Shown: one piece after another, positions 38,558-45,652 of the stretch | How the letters are laid out: each line of letters starts with the position of its first letter | How positions within the stretch are numbered: position 1 is the first letter of the stretch | NCBI GenBank assembly: GCA_002633005.1 | Contig: NMRA01000206.1 | Span: 1-45,652, forward strand | DNA: 45,652 nucleotides | Reading direction: 5' to 3' | Source: Phoronis australis | Lineage: Eukaryota; Animalia; Phoronida | The notes under the pieces: generated by a model | Told to the model about the DNA's origin: nothing | Databases searched by the model: none | Seen by the model: the letters and a program-made list of their open reading frames with translations, nothing else | Position numbers and translations under genes: made by a program

Positions 38558-38938
38558 TTCCAATCAGATGGGTAACAGATGGTCCCGGAACATACCACTT
38601 CATCAACACAAGAGGTTCTTCTTCTGCTCACAAAGTGGTCTTCAGATGCGATGCAGTCTGTGCAAGAACAGATCACATCTTGGTCACTTGGTACCACGAC
38701 ATTCCGCACGACCAACTCCACCAAAAACCCCTTCCCCAAAAGTACATGATGCCTACAACGATGTACAGTGGTCCTGGAAGATCAGTTCTGAATCTAAACA
38801 TTGCACTTGTTCCCGAAGGAAAGACGGCAAGGGAGGAATATCAAGGACGTTATACGTGTTACGTAGATGCTGAGCACAATAAGGGGTTATTTCCCCTTCT
38901 AAGACACCACAATCTCGGCATCGATCAAGTAGAGAACG
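38558..38938 (+). CDS. Exon: Ig-like domain
   Basis: Acceptor cccacag, donor gtgagg, phase 1/1. Encodes VVFRC..VTWY..SVLNL..EYQGRYTCYV, with canonical Ig Cys/Trp/YxC. Confidence 0.7.
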
Positions 38939-39859
38939 GTGAGGACGAAGTACTTTTAATTGCCAATGGAAATCATTTATTAAAATCATTATCGTTGAGC
39001 ATAACCATAAAAGTTCCGTTTCCTGCGTTAAGAAGAACATGTTCAATTATACACCCTTCAAAAGTTTAAGATGGACATACATGTATATGTACATGTGTGG
39101 GATAGTTACAGAGTTGGTGCTTTCTTAGAGTTGTAGCACAAAGGCCAGTGTCACTCAGAACCCAGTTATGACTACGAGACCACTTTATCATGTTCGTAGT
39201 AAAAATGCGGGTTTCCATCAATACGCATTTTTCCCTTAATCGGCTCAACATGTTTCCAGTGACTGAAATTACTGCTGAACCTGTTCGTGTTGAGGTAGGG
39301 CGAAATTTGTGCCAGGGTACCTTCTTGTCTCCTGCGGTGTTTAGTACTGTAGGTGTATCTATATGAATGCTAACAAAACGCTGCGCTGAGAACAAAATCA
39401 TGTCATGTTCACTCCGCTTTACTCGATGTGGAAGTTTGCGGTGAGACACCATTCACACTGATTTTGAACTTCCCTTGCACTCAGCCGTCATGACGGCGAC
39501 TTTCAGTACCTTCTTTGATTATGTTTTAACGTGTAACATGTAATGATGTGCTGCATTCTAGACATCAACGAATTACCCGTCAACAATGGAATGGTGCCGG
39601 ACTGAAGGCACAGCAAATTTACATAGGGGCCGATTGAAAATAGAAAGCCATTGTATCACTTTAAGGAAAGGAATTTGGGTTGCTTCGGAATCAATACAAG
39701 GCGTTTTCAAGACAACCTGTCAGCTGTGTTGATGATCTCGTGGATGTAGCAGTTCTTCTTGATGTAAAATTCCACCCAATGACGACAAGGTTGCATTTGC
39801 TTAAAGCAAACTGACTTATGAATTATTGAAATTATATTGAATCTTCTGTTCGCGTGTAG

Positions 39860-40084
39860 GCATGGTGAGATACTCGAATCAAAATATCACCACTCATTTA
39901 TCACAGAAGACTGCGAACACGGAGTCCTGTGAGTATATGTGCGCCATTACCGTTTGTGAAGCCGCCGTGTTTTACCTGAGCACCAAACAATGTTACATAG
40001 TTAAACCAGGAAAAGAGTTCACTCGAAAGAAAGGGGACGGTACCTGCTGCGATGTATATGAAAAAATGACAAAACCGCTTCCAG
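39860..40084 (+). CDS. Exon: PAN/Apple-like domain 1
   Basis: Acceptor gtgtag, donor gtaata, phase 1/1. Encodes CEYMC..CEAAVF..KQCY..CCDVY. Confidence 0.7.
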
Positions 40085-41448
40085 GTAATATTATTGTGAA
40101 ATATTGGTAGCAACAGGTGTTTGGGAAATAAAGTGCATGTTGAATCTAATGCGAGTGAAGCATTTGTAGATCGGGAATCACTTGGGTGCACTATCGATGG
40201 GCTCATATCCTTGATGAGGATAAAACATGCTGGTTTGTTACAGTCGTCATTGTGGTTTGTCACCGATTTACATTGAGGCAGGCCTCAGCTCGTTCTCCAA
40301 ATCGGTGAAAAATAACCAGTTAGCGATTAAACGCATTGACACCTAACCAAATTTTGACAAAATTAAAAATTGGAAAGGTTTCTCTTGTCGCAAAAGTTTA
40401 AAGTGCAAAAACATCTGGCAAGATACACAATGTTCGTCATAGTGTGTTAAAGTTTGACAGTTAAGACTAAAATGTTCAAATTAATTCGAACAAAATAAGT
40501 ACGTTGTATTGTTCCACAGCTCCTTGGGTCGTGTTGTCTCCACTTCTGAACAGTTTGAGGTAACAAACTTGCCATTTTCACCTGAATTCCAATACTAAAA
40601 AAGTTAAGCACTGCATGAATAAACGTCAAACATGCATAGCCTTCTTGGTGGTAGTTTTGTAAAGTCGAAGCACATTCGATTCTGCTATTCGTCAGTACCT
40701 TACGCTTGCTCACATTCCTACTAACCTGCACCAAATTATTCAATACCTCATCGATTGCAATCAGGCTATGCCTTACTCTTCTGGCCTCTCCATTTGCTCA
40801 AGGTCATGCACATGACGAATGTCAAAGCGCTCAATATTACTAAGTGAGCCCTGTTTTAGAGATTTCAACCAACCCTCGTTCTGCCCCACGATAAAGCAAT
40901 AATAGGGCATAAACTAAGTGATAACAACAAAATTCATTTAAAAACACCTAACCGATGTTCTGTAATTTGGACAATGGTTTTGGTGTTTTTCTTCACGGTT
41001 GTGAGGTGTTCATCAAATGCGCCTCTTGCGTGTAACTGTTTAGAAGATTTGGTATGGTGTCTTTAAGTTGATCCGAACTGTTTAAAGCATTTTTGTAGAA
41101 TTAGATGAGAGGTTTTTCGTATCTGTCAAAATATAGCCAAACAGTATTTGAAATATATTTGATCCTGAAATCAATTTTCATAGAACAACCTCCACACACT
41201 ATTTCATCTCTATTCTATAATACTCAAGAGTGCAGGACAAACTTTAACACTGCATTTTATCTTTACACCATGGCAAGGTGCGTTTATATCACCGCCAACT
41301 GTAACGCAACTGAGAACTTTATAGTTTCTGCTCTAGCATTATTTCGATAGTCATTTTCCCCTATAGCGGCAAAATACCTTTAGTGACATACATACACGCC
41401 TTATCGATGGATGACTATATTGAAGTTGGTGCTCTGCTTTTCATTTAG

Positions 41449-41644
41449 ATTACGTACGCATGTAGCCCATATTATCATAAATTCGTTGGAACCATCATAC
41501 CATCACATTTGCAGTGCTGCAGGGCTATATATTAAAACCAAACTGTGCTTCGTCCTAGTTAGTTTATCTCACCATTGCAGCACCAGAATTAAGCCTTGGT
41601 TTGGAAAACGACATGCACATTTGTGCTGTCACAATGCTAAAGAG
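41449..41644 (+). pseudogene. Degenerate PAN/Apple-like exon
   Basis: Acceptor tttag, then DYVRM*. In a shifted frame ICSAAGLYIKTKLCFV..LCCH. Length 196 bp is not a multiple of 3. Confidence 0.5.
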
Positions 41645-41715
41645 GTGCACATGTTTATTTAGAATGTACTCTTTCCTTAAATTCTTCATCGAAGATGAAG
41701 TGGCATATTTTTCAG

Positions 41716-41937
41716 AATATAGTCGATTGGGAGGACATGTAATCAGCACTTCGTCCTCGACGGAGACGTCTACAACAGATAACGGGTTTGCTTGTGTCAA
41801 GAAGTGTGAAAAGTTGAAATGTGAAGCTGCGGAGTGGAATCCCGACACTCGTGTTTGCTCAGTAGTTGAACGAGGGGGTATTTATGAAGTGAAGCGTGGT
41901 GACAGTGAATGCTGTGATATTTATGTCAGATTAAAAG
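41716..41937 (+). CDS. Exon: PAN/Apple-like domain 2
   Basis: Acceptor ttttcag, donor gtatct, phase 1/1. Encodes CVKKC..CEAAEW..RVCS..CCDIY. Confidence 0.75.
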
Positions 41938-42240
41938 GTATCTTCTTCAAAAATGAAATTCATGAATGTGCTGATTTCTAAGGTCATATTAAATGTCCAC
42001 GATTCCCCCATGAAGAGTTGCTGGTCCTACTGCAATTAGAGCAACAATGCGTTCAAAGAAATGAAGTTTTAGTTATTTACTTGTCAATATAGTTTTTATC
42101 ATTTTTTTATTATTTCTTATGTACACGCCAGGTGTTTACCACCTCAATTGGTGTGCTCCGTGGATGTGTCCAGATCAGACTTAAAATGTTTGCGGTCCAT
42201 GATATTTCTGGGTCCCCGGATTTAAGATTTACACATTTGC

Positions 42241-42283
42241 ATTATTATTGTTGTTGTTCTTGTTCTTGTTCTTGTTATTATTA
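42241..42283. repeat. Compound microsatellite (ATT)/(GTT)/(CTTGTT)
   Basis: attattattgttgttgttcttgttcttgttcttgttattatt. Confidence 0.8.
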
Positions 42284-42453
42284 GATGATAATGTTTTTTA
42301 TGATCATAATCGTCGTTACAGCAATCATTACTATCACTCTCGTTTTTTGTTACATGCACGTATTGTCATTTCTTTCGATATTGCAATGACTGTCGTTAAA
42401 ATAAAAAAGTTTCATTAACAGTTTATGGTAAATGCAAACGTCACTTCTGGCAG

Positions 42454-42666
42454 ATATGGTGAGAATTCCAAACACTGTGGTAAAAGGATCGTCCAGCAAA
42501 GTCACGGTGACCCCCACGGAGGTTGACTGTTTGAACTTATGCGACTTGAAATCGTGTAGACTAGCGCAATGGGACAACAAAACAAGGAACTGTCGCCGGT
42601 TTATTGGAGGCAAAAAAACAAAGTTAATCAAAGACTCGTGTTGCGACTCATATATACGGATCAAAG
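42454..42666 (+). CDS. Exon: PAN/Apple-like domain 3
   Basis: Acceptor ctggcag, donor gtaagg, phase 1/1. Encodes CLNLC..CRLAQW..RNCR..CCDSY. Confidence 0.75.
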
Positions 42667-43373
42667 GTAAGGCAAGAGTAATAGCTTGATTGAGTGCGGA
42701 GCTAGAATTTTTTCGGAGGATAAGATAGCATTTGCAAGATCACGTTAAAGGGGATTGCACTTCTGACAAGTTGGAGACTTATTTGCTGCATAATAGATGC
42801 CACTGTGACACTGACGCACAAGCACTTTGCAGAGGGTTCAAATTTCCTGCTTCGGTTTCAGAAACCCAAATTTTTGGCTCCAAGTGCCTAGCTTTATGGA
42901 ACAGGACGTCACATGTTGGCGTTTATAATGCATGCATTTTAAACTTCTCGAGGATCACTAATGATGGCCTTTGTTAATATCCGCCATTGCCGATATGCTA
43001 CTGTACCTGATAAGTCACCAATCTTTTACATTCGGAATGTACAGATTATTTTTCCACACGTGTAATCACTGGCGTAATTTTTCGTACATGTATACCTGGA
43101 ACCAAGCGGTCCCAGTTACAATTACAGTACGTCCTTCCCAGTGTGCTAGTATATGCATGCTTTGGTATATTTTTAAAATTCTCATAAAACCGGTGACGAA
43201 AGTTCAGCTGTATGTAAATGGAGCGGATCAGTAGAGGAGACAGTGCCCTCAAAAGGAAGTGTGGGCAACGGGGGGAAGACGCAGGAACCACCATCTAGCT
43301 ATGGGCGGCAACAGATTTGTGACTACCACTCACGATATGGACATCATCGTTATCTTCCGCCTCCACGCGGCAA

Positions 43374-44045
43374 TTACAGCACACATCACGAATTTTTGTC
43401 CGCCCGGTCGGAAATTGGACGACGACCGGCCGTCGACCGGTCGTCTAGCCGACCAGCAGCCGACCAACAACGGTCGGCTAGGAGCCGTCTGCTGAGTCGC
43501 CTCTGTGGTCGGCACTTGGGTCGGCTAAGTGGTCGCCTAGCGTAGACGACCAACTCGGATTAAGCGTGTCCTTGGTCGGCAATTACCATTTTATGACTTA
43601 GCGGGCGAACTTTGGACAAACAAACATTTAACTGTTCGCTGTTGGTTTACCAGTGGCAACTCCGGTCTTGACATAGGTTTATCAACGTGTGTTCAACTAT
43701 TAAATGGAGGTAAAATCGAATCAACCTACAAATACGAAGTGCGTGACATTACACCAGCCTAAAACTTTATGTTGAATTAATGACGGCGTGGTAAAATCAA
43801 ACGTTACAGCACACACATCACGAATTTTTGGCCGGCCGATCGGAAATTGGTCGACGACTAGCCGTCGACCGGTCGGCTAATTTGCCGACCGGTCGGCTAA
43901 TTTGCCGACCGGTCGGCTAAAAGTTAGCCGACCGGCAGCCGCCCGCAGTGCCGACTCATAAGGCGACTCCACAGCCGACCCTTCAGCCGACCGGCCATCA
44001 GCCGACCCTTCAGCCGACCGGCCATCAGCCGACCAGCTGGTGGCT
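43374..44045. repeat. Two copies of a GC-rich MITE-like repeat built from GCCGACC/GGTCGGC palindromes
   Basis: ttacagcacacatcacgaatttttg..ggaaattgg..cgtcgaccggtcg begins at both 43374 and 43804. Many gccgaccggtcggc motifs and short tandem duplications. Confidence 0.7.
43667..43801 (+). repeat. Dispersed repeat, direct copy of 1-133
   Basis: See the feature at 1-133. Confidence 0.85.
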
Positions 44046-44930
44046 GCTATTTTTAGGCTAGAGTAGCAGTTGCGTAATAGGTTGTCAGGCTGATACCACT
44101 TTGCGTGTCGATGCATATTCGTCTTAGCACAGGGTCAAATAAATTAACCTAGTTTTACTGTCTCGGTTACATGAGTTCACGTCAGTTGTGTAATACCACT
44201 AATTCGAAGGTTGAAAGCAAGCGGTAATAGTAAACATTGGATTATGGACAATGCAACAAGTTTTGGATGAAAAACGTGAAAGTTTTCTTTACATTTGATC
44301 TTTAATTTGACTCGTGACGTTAACAAGATGGATTTGATCGGTTGCTTCCCGGTCAATACAACGCTGTAGTCATTTTGTAAACGCAGCTATTTTAGCAGTC
44401 TTCGCCCGCAGCTGATTTCAAGTTGTTTGTGTAACGCCAAACTCCATCTTTTTGCGTTTTTTTAAGTTAGTCACCGGTCTCCTGTCACGCGCCCATGATG
44501 ATGGATTAGTGAGTGAGTTCTTACACCGCGAAAAGCTCTCACTCCAGGGATTTTATTTTCATAGTATTGACCCTTGCAGTACAGACGCGAAATTCACGGT
44601 CCAGTATGCCCTAAACCCACGGACTTCGATGGCTCTAACTTCGAAATCATATTATGGTTACGATTTCCACGAACTAAGACGGTGACATCACCACTGTTGA
44701 GGCTGCAGCAAAGTAGCCTTGAGCATTCCGTTTTCAGTGTATCGGTGACGTTAAAATCTGGGCTAGCAGTTACATGTATACACGTAGTCCCCTATCAGTT
44801 GGTCGCTCACGTTGTTCCAAAAAATAAATATTTTCTGTCAACAACATATTCACAAAGTATGCAAAATAAAACAATTGTGAACGGCACGATGTGAATACGT
44901 GGTGAAGAGGTATTTGTCTCTACGCGGCAT
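44013..44930 (+). repeat. Dispersed repeat, inverted copy of 2051-2915
   Basis: See the feature at 2051-2915. Confidence 0.9.
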
Positions 44931-45652
44931 ATGTGCGTGAAACTTTGGTAAAGCGATTGCGATGGTAAAAAATGATAGAAAATACACAAAGGTGCACTTT
45001 TGAGAAGCAAAGCGTCTGGTGATCTTGATAGCGTACATGTATGATCTGGCCACCTCAGGTAGTAAGTGACGCTGAATGAGAAGTGGTAACTACATGTTTG
45101 GCGCGAAAATAAAAAATCATGCTTGTATTGCCAGCCACCCCCCTCCCCGAATTTTGCACATTCTAATGAGTCAACACTCGAGATTTGGTTCCCTTTCAGT
45201 CCTAAAATCGCATAATAATTCTGTGCTCAGCTGTAAGAAAAAATACAATTTTTTGAAACGGTGGTCAGTCTTAATAAAGTTTCCAGCATGAGAGCGCTTT
45301 GATCAGAAATGCCAAGCACACGCAGAGTTGTAAGACAGAGACGTTGGCGTTTCCGTATGTCCACAAAAGTGCTTTAAGCAGTGTGTACAAATTTGTTCAT
45401 TTCGCTTTTCTGCACTGACGACTATGATCAACACGGTGTTTTAACTACACTTTTGAGTGCATTTTCAAAAATAAATGTTTGGTTGGTGAATTCAGCGAGT
45501 CGGTGCCCACGGTCAGGAAAACGTATCTGCGTAAATAAAGAGTTGCGTTTTCAAAACATTCAGAGCATGAGCTCAAGGACTACCTGAGACAGAAAATAAA
45601 ACCGATTACCAAACAGAAACTTGTCCAATGAATATATAGCTCTTGGAAAACT

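Noticed and set aside
38503-39069. 188-aa ORF as a complete single-exon gene
   Set aside because: It has a non-ATG start (GTG), and phase-1 splice sites at 38558 and 38938 bound the Ig-like part
42732-43160. Additional PAN-like exons (CRGFKF; VTITVRPSQCASIC)
   Set aside because: Only partial Cys patterns and no consistent splice phase, so too weak to call
43243-44116. Arg/Ala-rich ORFs
   Set aside because: By-products of GC-rich palindromic repeats

Overview
AT-rich eukaryotic DNA, most likely from a marine invertebrate (inferred from the transposon families and GT-AG exon structure). No prokaryotic operon, CRISPR array, rRNA or tRNA is supported. Most of the window is nested, decayed mobile DNA: Helentron-associated (HINE-like) satellite elements, two LINE RT fragments, a 6.6-kb CMC/EnSpm-like element with palindromic subterminal arrays and a 2-bp TSD, a hAT fragment, a THAP-domain relic split by a LINE, a solo-LTR-like segment, a decayed Gypsy pol, and an Academ transposon with TIRs and a TTA TSD. 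Three things stand out. (1) A fragmented Polinton/Maverick (adintovirus-like) relic that the ORF track largely misses: candidate AGTAGT terminus, pPolB C-terminus, and major-capsid C-terminus coupled to an adenain protease. (2) A ~5.5-kb foldback whose arms carry the 5' half of a LINE and whose loop holds the viral capsid/protease remnant. (3) A + strand modular host gene built from phase-1 exons encoding Ig-like domains followed by tandem PAN/Apple-like domains, including a decayed exon. A 402-bp duplication around the single N is probably an assembly artefact. All protein family calls come from motif recognition by eye, not from database searches.
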